Shown: positions 1-9,351 of the stretch, piece after piece
Numbering within the stretch: the first letter of the stretch is position 1
Layout: every line of letters begins with the position of its first letter
Origin: Myxococcota bacterium
GTDB taxonomy: Bacteria; Myxococcota_A; UBA9160; UBA6930
Direction of reading: 5' to 3'
Assembly (NCBI GenBank): GCA_965223705.1
Contig: OZ245015.1
Span: 544,001 to 608,000, forward strand
Length of the DNA stretch: 64,000 bases
Program-made: the position numbers and the translations under genes
Notes under the pieces: generated by a model
What the model saw: only the letters and a program-made list of their open reading frames with translations
Databases searched by the model: none
What the model was told of the DNA's origin: nothing

Positions 1-1882
1 CCGACATCGCTTCCCGCGCCTGGGCCAACAAGCCTTCGCGCGCTTCCTCGGGAACTTCGCGAACGTGGAAGGTCAGCGTCGGTCCCTTGGACTCCGTCCA
101 GGCACCGTCGGTTTCGAGAGCCTTGAGGGTCGCGGCCAGTTCTTCCGCACGTCCTTGGTAATGGACGAGATCTTCATGTCGGAAACTCGTGATTCCCGGG
201 CCTTCGATTTCGAGTCCGTGGTTTCCGGCGTAGATCACCTCCGACTCTCCGACCATGCGACGCACGTCGTGAAGCGAACGCCCGCTCACGATGGCGACTT
301 CCGTGTCGTCGCGTTCGATGCAGCCGCGGAGCGATGTCCGGGTTTCTTCGCTCAATCGCGCACGGCTCGGGTGGTCCACCAGAGGCGTCAGCGTTCCGTC
401 GTAGTCGAGGAACAAGATCAGCCGATAGCCGCGAATGAAATCCGAAAGCCAACTCGAGACTTCATCGTTCGTAACGGGGTGCAGCTGCTCGGTATTGACG
501 GTCGCTTCCGAGAGGAACTTCCGCACCCAGGCTTCGACGTCGTCGCGCCGCTCACGGCGACGGAGGCCCCGCATCCGGGACGCGCGCTCTCCCTCCTCCA
601 TCGACAGCGCGCGGTGGATCGCCTCAGCCGTCTCGTCGATGTTGTAAGGGTTCACCAACAGCGCCTCGCGCATGGTGGCTGCGGCCCCCGCGAGTTTTGA
701 AAGAATGAGGACGCCGGGGTCGTTGACTTGGCAGGCGACGTACTCCTTCGCGACGAGATTCATTCCGTCCCGCAGCGGGGTGACGAGCGCGACCGAGGCG
801 TCTCGATAGAGTGCCGCGAGACGCTCTCTCGACATCGATCGATACATGTATCGGATCGGCGACCAGTTCGCGGTGGCGAAGCGCCCGTTCACGCGGCCCA
901 CCATTTCGTCGATTTCACGCTTGAGCGACCGATATTCTGCGACCTGAGCGCGGCTCGGAACGGCGAGTTGCAGGAACGTCACCTGCTCCCGATGTTCCGG
1001 GTGAAGCTCCATCAAGCGCTCGAAGGCGCGGATGCGATGCGGGATGCCTTTCGTGTAGTCGAGCCGATCGACACCGAGGACCACCTGCTCGCGTCGCGGC
1101 GCTCCGGGGTCGGTCTCACCGTAGGCCGTCTGTTCGAAATCTCGAAAACTGATTCCGATCGGGAACACGCCGATGCGCGCCGTTCGATTTCCGTATTCCA
1201 CGATGCGGCGCTTGCGGTCGACCCGGGCGCCGAGGCCTCGCTCGACGCAGTCCATGAAGTTCTGTGCGTAGCTCTCCACGTGAAAGCCGATCAGCTGGCA
1301 ACCGAGGAGCCCGGTCAGCAATTCCCCTTCCCAGGGGCACAGACGGAACAGGTCGTAGGGCGGAAACGGGACGTGGAGAAAGAAAGCGAGTCGCCGGTTC
1401 GGCGCGCGCTGCCGAACTTTCTCCGGGACGAGCATCAAGTGGTAGTCGTGGACCCAGACGAGATCGCCATCATCGGTGACGTCGTCGACGCGCTCGGCAA
1501 ACCGCGAATTCACGCGCTCATAGGTTCGCCAGTGTTGCCGCTCGAATCGGGCGAGTACCGGAAGGGAGTGAAGAAGCGGCCAGAGTGTCCCGTTCGAGAA
1601 GCCCTGGTAGTAGCGGTTGACTTCGGACTCCGACAGCGACACCGAAGCGATCCGGTACGGCAAGGTATTGGGGATTTCTTCGCCCGGGCGTTGCTCGATA
1701 CCGGGCCAACCGATCCAGGTTCCTCCGCGGGCGCGCAGCACCGGATCGAGCGCGCTGACGAGGCCGCCTGCCGAGGGAGTCACCACAGGGCCTCGCGGGC
1801 CACGCTGTACCGTAATTGGCAATCGGTTCGAGACGACGACGACCGACGCGTCGAGCTCGTTGGTTTTCGTTTCGTCGCTCAC
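1..1882 (-). CDS. otsAB: Bifunctional trehalose-6-phosphate synthase/phosphatase (GT20 + HAD fusion); 3' end runs off the window start
   Basis: Not in the ORF track because there is no stop in the window. Read manually from GTG at 1882: VVVVSNRLP, SAGGLVSAL, WIGWPG, YYQGFSNGTLWPLLH, WVHDYHL, LGVDRLDYTKGIPHRIRAF, LRDGMNLVAKEYVAC, then the HAD motif LFLDYDGTLTP and IVSGR. Confidence 0.93.
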   Translation of the reverse strand, partial: MSDETKTNELDASVVVVSNRLPITVQRGPRGPVVTPSAGGLVSALDPVLRARGGTWIGWPGIEQRPGEEIPNTLPYRIASVSLSESEVNRYYQGFSNGTLWPLLHSLPVLARFERQHWRTYERVNSRFAERVDDVTDDGDLVWVHDYHLMLVPEKVRQRAPNRRLAFFLHVPFPPYDLFRLCPWEGELLTGLLGCQLIGFHVESYAQNFMDCVERGLGARVDRKRRIVEYGNRTARIGVFPIGISFRDFEQTAYGETDPGAPRREQVVLGVDRLDYTKGIPHRIRAFERLMELHPEHREQVTFLQLAVPSRAQVAEYRSLKREIDEMVGRVNGRFATANWSPIRYMYRSMSRERLAALYRDASVALVTPLRDGMNLVAKEYVACQVNDPGVLILSKLAGAAATMREALLVNPYNIDETAEAIHRALSMEEGERASRMRGLRRRERRDDVEAWVRKFLSEATVNTEQLHPVTNDEVSSWLSDFIRGYRLILFLDYDGTLTPLVDHPSRARLSEETRTSLRGCIERDDTEVAIVSGRSLHDVRRMVGESEVIYAGNHGLEIEGPGITSFRHEDLVHYQGRAEELAATLKALETDGAWTESKGPTLTFHVREVPEEAREGLLAQAREAMS

Positions 1883-1924
1883 ATCGCCAGGGTAGCGATT
1901 GCCCGCCCGCGCGCTCAGCGAGCC

Positions 1925-2260
1925 TCAGCGTAAGAATGAGACCCCGAGGACGATCAACGCCAAACCCGCGATCGCGCGGAGAGGGACCGTCGCGTTGCCG
2001 ACGACCGCGGCGAAAAGGAAGGAGACCACGACGCCGATCGAGATGACTACGGCTACTGGAAAGCTCGAAGCGCGGGTCGCGAAAAAGAGCGCGACGCTGA
2101 ACCCCAGGTTCCCGAGCGCGATCAGTGCGAAGTTGAGCGGATCTCGAACCGGAGCGAGGAGCGCTTCCAGGGCGCTCTGTGCGTCACCGGCGCGCATCCC
2201 GAACCATGAGAACATGCTGTAGGCGAAGGCTGTGCAGCACACGGTCAGAACCCAGTTCAC
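1925..2260 (-). CDS. Small multi-TM membrane protein (SMR/DMT-like), translationally coupled to pqqE
   Basis: GTG start overlaps the pqqE stop (GTGA); ~111 aa with about 4 hydrophobic segments, ending GLALIVLGVSFLR. Confidence 0.65.
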   Translation of the reverse strand: MNWVLTVCCTAFAYSMFSWFGMRAGDAQSALEALLAPVRDPLNFALIALGNLGFSVALFFATRASSFPVAVVISIGVVVSFLFAAVVGNATVPLRAIAGLALIVLGVSFLR

Positions 2261-3378
2261 GGGTTGACTTCGCTCTTGCCGCGGCCGCGCGCCGGCGCGC
2301 GGTAGACGAACGCATCGTCGGCCGGCTCGTCTCGCGCTTCGAGGATGATGCTCCGATGCGGCGACAAGGAGCAAGCGGGGTCCGTGGCCCTCGCATCGCC
2401 CGTGAGAGCGAAGGCCTGGCAGCGGCAACCGCCAAAATCGCGCTCGCGATCGGGGCAGCTGCGGCATGGTTCGCGCATCCAGTCTTCGCCTCGAAACGCG
2501 TTCATCCCCGGAGCTTCCGACCAGCATGCCGCGAGCGGGTGTTCGTTGACGGACCAGAATTCCAGCTCGGGCAGCTCGCTGGCATTGTGGCACGGCAGCA
2601 CTTGCCCATTCGGCGTGACGACCATCGTATTACGGCCCCAGCCGCCCATGCAGGGCTTGGGGCGATCGCTGTAATAGTCGGGGAGTACAAAAAGGATTTC
2701 GAGATTCGGATATTCGGGTCGCAGCTCGCGAACCGTCTTTGCCGCTTCCCGCAGTTGCGACTCACTCGGCAAGAGCGCCGCGCGGTTCTTGAGCGCCCAT
2801 CCGTGATATTGCGTGTTGGCGAGCTCGAGCCGATGCGCGCCGAACTCGTCGGCGAGCGCGATCACCTCCGCTACGTGATGCAGGTTCTGTCGATGGAGAA
2901 CGACGTTCAGGATGAGAGGCAGGTCGAGGGCCCGCGCCGCTTCGGCGAAGGCGCGTTTCTTGGGGAAGCTCTTCGCGCCGGCGATCCGGTCCGACTCGGC
3001 CGGATCGCTGTCCTGCACCGAAAGCTGCACACTGCACAGCCCTTGTTCTTTGAGGCCCGCAAGGCGCTCGTGATCGATCGGAAAGCCCGCCGTCACCAGG
3101 TGGGTGTAGAGCGATCGTGCAGACGCTTCCGCGACGATCGGTTCGAGGTCCGTACGCAGTGACGGCTCGCCGCCGGTCAAACCCACGTGTACGACGCCGA
3201 GCTCCGCCGCTTCTCGGAGAACGCGACACCAATCCTCGGTCGACAGCGCGGCGGGAAAGCGATCGAGCTCGAGTGGGTTCGAGCAGTACGGGCACCGGAG
3301 CGGACAGCGATACGTCAGCTCCGCGATCAAGTTGTAAGGACGTGTCGCGAGATCGCTCCCCTCGCTAGCCGAAGTCAC
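2257..3378 (-). CDS. pqqE: PQQ biosynthesis radical SAM/SPASM enzyme PqqE
   Basis: AELTYRCPLRCPYCSNP (CxxxCxxC), LELANTQYHGWALKNR, PKPCMGGWG, CRSCPDRERDFGGCRCQAFALTGDA; GTG start overlaps the pqqCD stop. Confidence 0.95.
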   Translation of the reverse strand: MTSASEGSDLATRPYNLIAELTYRCPLRCPYCSNPLELDRFPAALSTEDWCRVLREAAELGVVHVGLTGGEPSLRTDLEPIVAEASARSLYTHLVTAGFPIDHERLAGLKEQGLCSVQLSVQDSDPAESDRIAGAKSFPKKRAFAEAARALDLPLILNVVLHRQNLHHVAEVIALADEFGAHRLELANTQYHGWALKNRAALLPSESQLREAAKTVRELRPEYPNLEILFVLPDYYSDRPKPCMGGWGRNTMVVTPNGQVLPCHNASELPELEFWSVNEHPLAACWSEAPGMNAFRGEDWMREPCRSCPDRERDFGGCRCQAFALTGDARATDPACSLSPHRSIILEARDEPADDAFVYRAPARGRGKSEVNP

Positions 3379-4289
3379 GCTGCGAACTCGAGTGCGCCGG
3401 CGTCCATCGTACCCTCGAGGAATGCGTAGACATCGTCTTCCACGCCTTCCGCATGGGGATGTCGCTCTCGGCAGGCCGAAGCAATCGCGTTGATGGTGCG
3501 CTCCCCGTCGCACAGTTCGATCACGAACCGTCCGGTGGGGTTCATTTCGATCGCGCGTTCGGGCAGGACGATCATGTTGTCAGGCTCCCGCAACCGGGCG
3601 CGAGACACCAACCGCGGCTTCTTGTGTGCCCACTCGACGGCATCGAGGAGGTCCCAGAGAATTTCGCACTTCCGTGTGAGGGCGGCGATGCAGGCCGCTT
3701 GATCGGCCTCGCTCACCGCGTGCAGGGCGACGTAGGCCAAGCCTTCTCGAGCGTCCCGCGGTGCCTGTTCGGTCCGACTTCGGAAGTAGTCGAGGGCTTC
3801 GGGGGCGATCCAGTCGTAGTGGGCCTCGAACGCTTGGATCCGTTTGCCCATCAGGATTCCCGCGTACATCTCGGTCAGCGACGATGCGACACTCTCGAGA
3901 AGTTCGTGACTGTTGACGAATGCGACGTACGCGTCGCAAGCGCGCCGTACGCCAGGAAGAACGTTGCGCAGCGATTCTACTTCTTCGCGATCGAGGCCGA
4001 CGCCATCGCCGAGTCGCAACCAAAGCTCGAGCCCGCCCGCCTTCGTTTCGTCTCCGTCGTGATCCCGTACGCGACGAACCCAATTGCGCCGAAACCCCGG
4101 ATCATCCGTTTTCGTCAGGATGGCGCTGTCCTTCATCGGAATCCGCGTCTGGTAGTAGTAGCGGTTCCGAATCCACGTGCGGAGTTCTTCACGGGTCAGC
4201 GTTCCCTCGTGCATCCGCACGTTGAACGGATGGCGGTGGTGGTAGCGCTCGTCGAGGAGCTTCCGAAGGCGAGCCTCGATGTCGCTCAT
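3375..4289 (-). CDS. pqqC: PqqC-PqqD fusion (PQQ synthase plus C-terminal PqqD/RRE domain)
   Basis: N-terminal RYHHRHPF, WIRNRYYYQTRIPMKD, VASSLTEMYA, YFRSR, KCEILWDLLDA; C-terminal ~80 aa VLPERAIEMNPTGRFVIELCDGERTINAI is PqqD-like. Confidence 0.92.
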   Translation of the reverse strand: MSDIEARLRKLLDERYHHRHPFNVRMHEGTLTREELRTWIRNRYYYQTRIPMKDSAILTKTDDPGFRRNWVRRVRDHDGDETKAGGLELWLRLGDGVGLDREEVESLRNVLPGVRRACDAYVAFVNSHELLESVASSLTEMYAGILMGKRIQAFEAHYDWIAPEALDYFRSRTEQAPRDAREGLAYVALHAVSEADQAACIAALTRKCEILWDLLDAVEWAHKKPRLVSRARLREPDNMIVLPERAIEMNPTGRFVIELCDGERTINAIASACRERHPHAEGVEDDVYAFLEGTMDAGALEFAA

Positions 4290-5209
4290 ACGACGAACTC
4301 CATCCCGTCGAAGGCGATTTCAACACCCGCACTTCGTACCGCCGCCGTCGCTTTCGAGTTCGCGTCGAGCATCGGATTCGTATTGTTCATGTGGATGTAG
4401 AGACTACGACCTTCGAACGACTGAAGCCTTACGAGGCTCCCATCGTCCCCGGAAACCGGTGCGTGCCCCATCTTGCGCGCCGCGTGAGCGTCGGGTCGCA
4501 GGGCGAGGAGTTCGGTTTCGGTAAAGAACGTCCCGTCGACGAAGCGACAGTCCGCTTGGCGCAGCTCTTCGACGGTGGCTTCGTCGTAGTCCTGGAGGCC
4601 TGGGGCGTACACGAGGCGCTTCCCGCTCCGCCGATCCGTGATTCGCAGACAGACCGTCGCCTCGGGGTGGTTCGTTTCAAGGGGCTGCAAGTAGATCGGA
4701 ACTTTCCCGGGGACGGGAAAAAAGCGTGCTTCGAGGTGCTCCGTTCGGTCGAGGAAAAACGGCTCGTCGATCTTGGCCTCGCCCCACGCGGGTTCGATGA
4801 GTTTGAAACACGCGTTGTGGGTGAGGACCGCATGGCGCGTCCAAGGCGTCGAGATCACGCGATAGGGAAGCGACTCGCGAAGGATCAGCAAGCCGATCGT
4901 GTGGTCGAGATCCGGGTTGGTCACGCACACCGTGTCGAGGGGGATATCGCGTGTGCCCGGCCGTGGGTGTAGGCCGGGGAATTTCGCGAACTGATCGCGG
5001 ATATCCGGGCTGGCGTTGATGACGGACCAGCGGACGCCGTCGGCCGAAACGGCGATCGAGGGCTGACTTCTCGGGGGAACCGATTGGTCGCCGCGCCGCG
5101 CCCGGACCGAATGTTCGCCGCCGCAATTCCACTGGGGAAGGCCGCCGCCGGCCGCCGAGCCCAGCACCCGGACATGAAACGCTTGGTTTTTGGCGTCTTC
5201 GCTCTGCAT
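4286..5209 (-). CDS. pqqB: PQQ biosynthesis protein PqqB (MBL fold)
   Basis: VLGSAAGGGLPQWNC, INASPDIRDQ, VDGTFF, KMGHAPVSG, IHMNNTNPML; ATG at 5209. Confidence 0.95.
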   Translation of the reverse strand: MQSEDAKNQAFHVRVLGSAAGGGLPQWNCGGEHSVRARRGDQSVPPRSQPSIAVSADGVRWSVINASPDIRDQFAKFPGLHPRPGTRDIPLDTVCVTNPDLDHTIGLLILRESLPYRVISTPWTRHAVLTHNACFKLIEPAWGEAKIDEPFFLDRTEHLEARFFPVPGKVPIYLQPLETNHPEATVCLRITDRRSGKRLVYAPGLQDYDEATVEELRQADCRFVDGTFFTETELLALRPDAHAARKMGHAPVSGDDGSLVRLQSFEGRSLYIHMNNTNPMLDANSKATAAVRSAGVEIAFDGMEFVV

Positions 5210-5252
5210 TCCGGGAGGATACCACCGGCGACCCGCGCCGGGAGACGCCGTT

Positions 5253-8200
5253 CTACGTGGCTCGTTCGATGACAAAGCGCACGGTTTCGCCGCCGATCTC
5301 GATTTCGTGGGCAGCGCCGACGTGGCCCTCTTTGAGCGGACCGAAAGTCGGAGCGGCGGCCAGGGTTTGTTCGCCGATCCAGTCGCCGAATGTTTCGGCG
5401 CCTCTCCAGGCGTCGGGCAAGGCGACGCGCAGCCGGATCCGATCGGCGACGTGAAGATCCATGTCTCGACGGGCTTGTTGAACGGCTCGCACCACGTCTC
5501 GCGCGAAGCCCTCGGCGATGAGCTCGTCGTCGAGCTCGAAATCGAGGATGGCGACCATGTCGTTCCCGGGCAGGGCCTGGCATGCGACACCTTCGGCCGG
5601 CTCGAGAAGAAGCTGGAACTCGCCCTGCGACAAACGCTCGCCGGCGATCACGAGCTCTTCGCCGTCCTGGCTCCAGTCTCCGGCCCTGGCCGCGGCGAGT
5701 ACGGTCTTCATCGCCCCTCCAAGCCGCGGACCGACGCTTCGCGCGTCGACTTTCAAGCGGAAAGAAGCAAAAGAGCCGATGTCGCTCTGGAACACGACAT
5801 CCTTCACGTTCACCTCGTCCGCGATGAGTTCCGCATACGATTCGAGCCGAGACGCATCCGCACCCGCCACCGTGAGTCGGCGGAGCGGTTGCCGAACGCG
5901 AACGTCGTGCGCCCGGCGAAGCGCGAGCGCCGAGCTGCAGAGATCGCGCACGCGATCCATTTCGGAAACCAGATCGGGATCCGCGGGTAGCTCTTCGGGG
6001 TCGGGCCAATCTTCTAGGTGGACGCTCTCCCGCGACGTGAGGCCGCGGTACACCGTCTCGCTCAGGAACGGAAGCAGCGGACTCGCGACCCGGCACAGGG
6101 TCTCGAGCACGGTCCACAAGGTGTCGTAGGCGGCGCGTTTGTCGTCGTCCTTCGTCGCGCGCCAAAAACGGTCGCGGCTTCGGCGGATGTACCAGTTGTT
6201 CGTGGCGTCGAGGAACGCGACGATCCGTTGGCACGCCGCTGCAATCTCGTACGCGTCCATCAGCTCGGTGAGCTCGACCACGAGTTCGCGCGTCTTCGCC
6301 AGGATGTAGCGATCGAGCAAGTGGCGGGGCTTCTCCATCCGCGAAGCCGTGATGCCGTCGCTGTTCGCGTAGAGCGCGAAGAAGTACCATGCGTTCCAGA
6401 TCGGATTGAGGACGTTCCGCACGACGTCGCCGATCGCCTTTCCGTCTTTCTCGACCTTGAGGTCGCCGCCCTTCAGCAACGGCGACGAGACGAGATGCCA
6501 GCGCAGGGCGTCCGATCCGTGGGTGTTGAAGACCTCTTCGGGGTCGGGATAGTTCCGCAATCGCTTCGAGAGCTTCTGACCGTCTTCCGCCAGGGTCACA
6601 CCGTGACAGATGCAGTTGCGGAAGGGCGGGCGGTCGAAGAGCGCCGTGCCGAGTACGACCAACGTGTAGAACCAGCCCCGCGTCTGCGCGACGTATTCGA
6701 CGATGAAATCCGCAGGCGAATGGTTGTCGAACCAGTCGCGATTTTCGAAGGGGTAGTGAACCTGCGCGAACGGCATCGACCCCGAGTCGAACCAACCGTC
6801 GAGCACGTCGGGAATGCGACGCATGGTGGCACGGCCGCTCGGATCGTCGGGGTTGGGTCGCGTAAGGGCGTCGATCGTGGGGCGATGGAGGTCGTCGGGT
6901 CGCGTTCCGAAGTCGCGCTCGATTTCGTCCAGGCTCCCGTAGACGTCGAGTCTCGGAAACTTCGGGTCATCGCTCTTCCAGACGGGGATCGGCGAGCCCC
7001 AAAAGCGATTGCGGCTGATCGACCAATCCCGCGCGTTTGCGATCCAGTTCCCGAACAGGCCGTCCTTGATGTGTCCGGGGATCCAGTTGATCTCTTGATT
7101 CAGTTCGACCATCCGGTCGCGGAACGCCGTGACGCGCACGTACCAGGAGTTCACCGCGCGGTAGATGAGCGGCGTGTCCGTGCGCCAGCAGTGCGGATAG
7201 TTGTGGACGTAGCTCTCGTGTCGAACGAGCTTGCCGGACTCGCGCAGTTTCCGGACGATCGGTGTGTTTGCGTCAAACACCTGGACGCCTTCGAAGTCGG
7301 GCACTTCAGCCGTAAATCGACCGTGATCGTCCACCGGGCAGACGACTTCGATTCCCGCGGCACTGCACGCTTCCATATCGTCTTCACCGAACCCCGGCGC
7401 GAGGTGCACGACGCCCGTTCCTTCCGCGGTATCGATCCAATCCGCGGAGAGGATGCGGTGGGCGTTCTCCCGCCCGAGGAAGTAGTCGAAGGGCGGGTGA
7501 TAGCGCGCCCCGACGAGCTCTCGGCCCGATACGGTCCCGATTTGCGTCGCGTCGGCGAGCTCTTTCGCGTACTTCTCGGCGCATTCGGCGCCGAGAAGTA
7601 CGACGCGGTCGCCCTGTTCGAAGATCGCGTACGAGATGTCCGGACCGACGGCCAAGGCGAGGTTCGACGGCAACGTCCACGGCGTTGTGGTCCACGCCAG
7701 GACGTCGACGGGCTTGCCGTCGCGCGGTTCCAGAAGCGTGAACCGCACGGTGACCGCCGGGTCCTGCCGCTCCCGATAGGAATCGTCGAGTCGCGTTTCG
7801 AAGTTCGATACCGGCGTCTCGCAAGCCCAGGAGTAGGGGAGAACGCGGTAGCCCTCGTACAGGAGGCCGCGTTCGTAGAGGGTCTTGAACGCCCACATCA
7901 CGCTCTCGATGTAGGACGTGTCCATCGTCTTGTAGTCGTTTTCGAAGTCGACCCACCGCGCTTGCCGCGTGACGTAGCGCTCCCATTCCCCGGTGTAGCG
8001 GAGCACGGTCTTTCGACAGTGCTCATTGAAACGGTCGATACCGAACTCTTGGATGGCCAGGCGGCCCGACACCTCGAGCTCGCGCTCGGCCTCCATCTCC
8101 GCGGGAAGGCCGTGACAGTCCCAGCCGAAACGTCGCTCGACGCGCTTGCCCCGCAGCGTCTGGTAGCGGGGCACGATGTCCTTGACGTAGCCGGTCAGGA

Positions 8201-8414
8201 GATGGCCGAAATGGGGGAGGCCGTTCGCAAAGGGCGGCCCATCGTAAAAGACGAACTCGTTCGAGCCTTTCTCGCCGGCCGGCCGGCCTTCGACGGATCG
8301 CTCGAAGGTGTGGTCGCGGTTCCAGCGCTCGAGGGTTTCCATCTCGAGGGCCGGAAAGTTCGCCTGTTGAGGAACGTCCGGGTACGGGGATGTCGCGGAG
8401 CCATGTTCGGGCAC
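5253..8414 (-). CDS. ileS: Isoleucine--tRNA ligase (type 2-like)
   Basis: FVFYDGPPFANGLPHFGH, RRFGWDCHGLP, WTTTPWTLPSN, RDWSISRNRFWGSPIP, KLSKRLRNYPDP. Confidence 0.97.
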   Translation of the reverse strand: MPEHGSATSPYPDVPQQANFPALEMETLERWNRDHTFERSVEGRPAGEKGSNEFVFYDGPPFANGLPHFGHLLTGYVKDIVPRYQTLRGKRVERRFGWDCHGLPAEMEAERELEVSGRLAIQEFGIDRFNEHCRKTVLRYTGEWERYVTRQARWVDFENDYKTMDTSYIESVMWAFKTLYERGLLYEGYRVLPYSWACETPVSNFETRLDDSYRERQDPAVTVRFTLLEPRDGKPVDVLAWTTTPWTLPSNLALAVGPDISYAIFEQGDRVVLLGAECAEKYAKELADATQIGTVSGRELVGARYHPPFDYFLGRENAHRILSADWIDTAEGTGVVHLAPGFGEDDMEACSAAGIEVVCPVDDHGRFTAEVPDFEGVQVFDANTPIVRKLRESGKLVRHESYVHNYPHCWRTDTPLIYRAVNSWYVRVTAFRDRMVELNQEINWIPGHIKDGLFGNWIANARDWSISRNRFWGSPIPVWKSDDPKFPRLDVYGSLDEIERDFGTRPDDLHRPTIDALTRPNPDDPSGRATMRRIPDVLDGWFDSGSMPFAQVHYPFENRDWFDNHSPADFIVEYVAQTRGWFYTLVVLGTALFDRPPFRNCICHGVTLAEDGQKLSKRLRNYPDPEEVFNTHGSDALRWHLVSSPLLKGGDLKVEKDGKAIGDVVRNVLNPIWNAWYFFALYANSDGITASRMEKPRHLLDRYILAKTRELVVELTELMDAYEIAAACQRIVAFLDATNNWYIRRSRDRFWRATKDDDKRAAYDTLWTVLETLCRVASPLLPFLSETVYRGLTSRESVHLEDWPDPEELPADPDLVSEMDRVRDLCSSALALRRAHDVRVRQPLRRLTVAGADASRLESYAELIADEVNVKDVVFQSDIGSFASFRLKVDARSVGPRLGGAMKTVLAAARAGDWSQDGEELVIAGERLSQGEFQLLLEPAEGVACQALPGNDMVAILDFELDDELIAEGFARDVVRAVQQARRDMDLHVADRIRLRVALPDAWRGAETFGDWIGEQTLAAAPTFGPLKEGHVGAAHEIEIGGETVRFVIERAT

Positions 8415-8462
8415 CGGGGGAATCTACCCCCCCGTTCTGTAAGATCCAGCTCTCAGAGCCCC

Positions 8463-9338
8463 ATGCCGGAACTTCCTGAAGTCGAGGTCACCTGCCAGCG
8501 GATCGCGCCCGTTATCTGCGGGCGTCGCATCGCGTCCGTTCACACGACGCCACCCAGCTATTTCTTCATCACGCCCCCGGAGCATCTCAAGGACGCGCTC
8601 CCCGGCCTGTCGATCCTGCGACTCCGGCGCCTGGGCAAATACCTCCTGGCCGAGCTTTGCGACGGGAGTCGCCTGCTGCTCCATCTCGGTATGACCGGCC
8701 AGCTGTTCGCCGAAGGTGCCTCGAGTCCCCGCCTGCTCTCGGCGACCGCCCGTACGTCGCTCCCCCCGGAAGCGCAGACCCGCTTCGAGGCCGACGCGCA
8801 CACCCACTTGCGGCTGGCCTTCGCGGATGACGGCCCCGATGTCCTGTTCCGAGATGTGCGCAAGTTCGGCAAGGTCCAGCTGCTCGCTCCCGGGGAGAGC
8901 TCGGAGCGGCTCGACCGCCTCGGGCCGGACGCGCTCGAGCTCGACGGCGAGACCCTGTTCCGGGCGACGCGCAAACGCAGCGTGGCGATCAAGAGCCTGC
9001 TCCTCGATCAGAGCGTGGTTGCCGGGAGTGGCAATATCTACGCGGACGAAGCCCTCTTCTTGGCAGGGGTTCGTCCACGGCGGACCGCGCGACGGGTCTC
9101 GAGAAAGGCGTGCGACGCGATTGTCGCGTCGATGCAGGCGGTGATGCGACGCTCCATCGAAACCGGGGGGTCGAGCATCAGCGACTACGTCAATCCCGAC
9201 GGAAGCGACGGAGCTTACCAGGACGAGCGCCAAGTCTACGCGCGAGAGGGGGAGCCGTGCAGACGTTGCCGCCGCACCATCAAACGCATCGTGTTGGGGC
9301 AGCGGAGCGCGCACTACTGCCCGGGGTGTCAGCAATGA
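8463..9338 (+). CDS. mutM: Formamidopyrimidine-DNA glycosylase Fpg/MutM
   Basis: N-terminal MPELPEVE, RRLGKYLL, HLGMTG, GNIYADEALF, C-terminal zinc finger CRRC..YCPGCQ. True start 8463; the upstream part of the track ORF is antisense to ileS. Confidence 0.95.
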   Translation: MPELPEVEVTCQRIAPVICGRRIASVHTTPPSYFFITPPEHLKDALPGLSILRLRRLGKYLLAELCDGSRLLLHLGMTGQLFAEGASSPRLLSATARTSLPPEAQTRFEADAHTHLRLAFADDGPDVLFRDVRKFGKVQLLAPGESSERLDRLGPDALELDGETLFRATRKRSVAIKSLLLDQSVVAGSGNIYADEALFLAGVRPRRTARRVSRKACDAIVASMQAVMRRSIETGGSSISDYVNPDGSDGAYQDERQVYAREGEPCRRCRRTIKRIVLGQRSAHYCPGCQQ

Positions 9339-9351
9339 GAGCGGCCCGATC

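Noticed and set aside
728..1933. 401-aa plus-strand ORF and similar long ORFs (e.g. 6018..8462 portion, 39330..41279, 43839..45365, 46484..47860)
   Set aside because: Antisense shadows of well-supported genes in GC-rich DNA, with no recognisable motifs
5253..8414. ileS as an acquired mupirocin-resistance gene
   Set aside because: Housekeeping context next to mutM, with no mobile-element features
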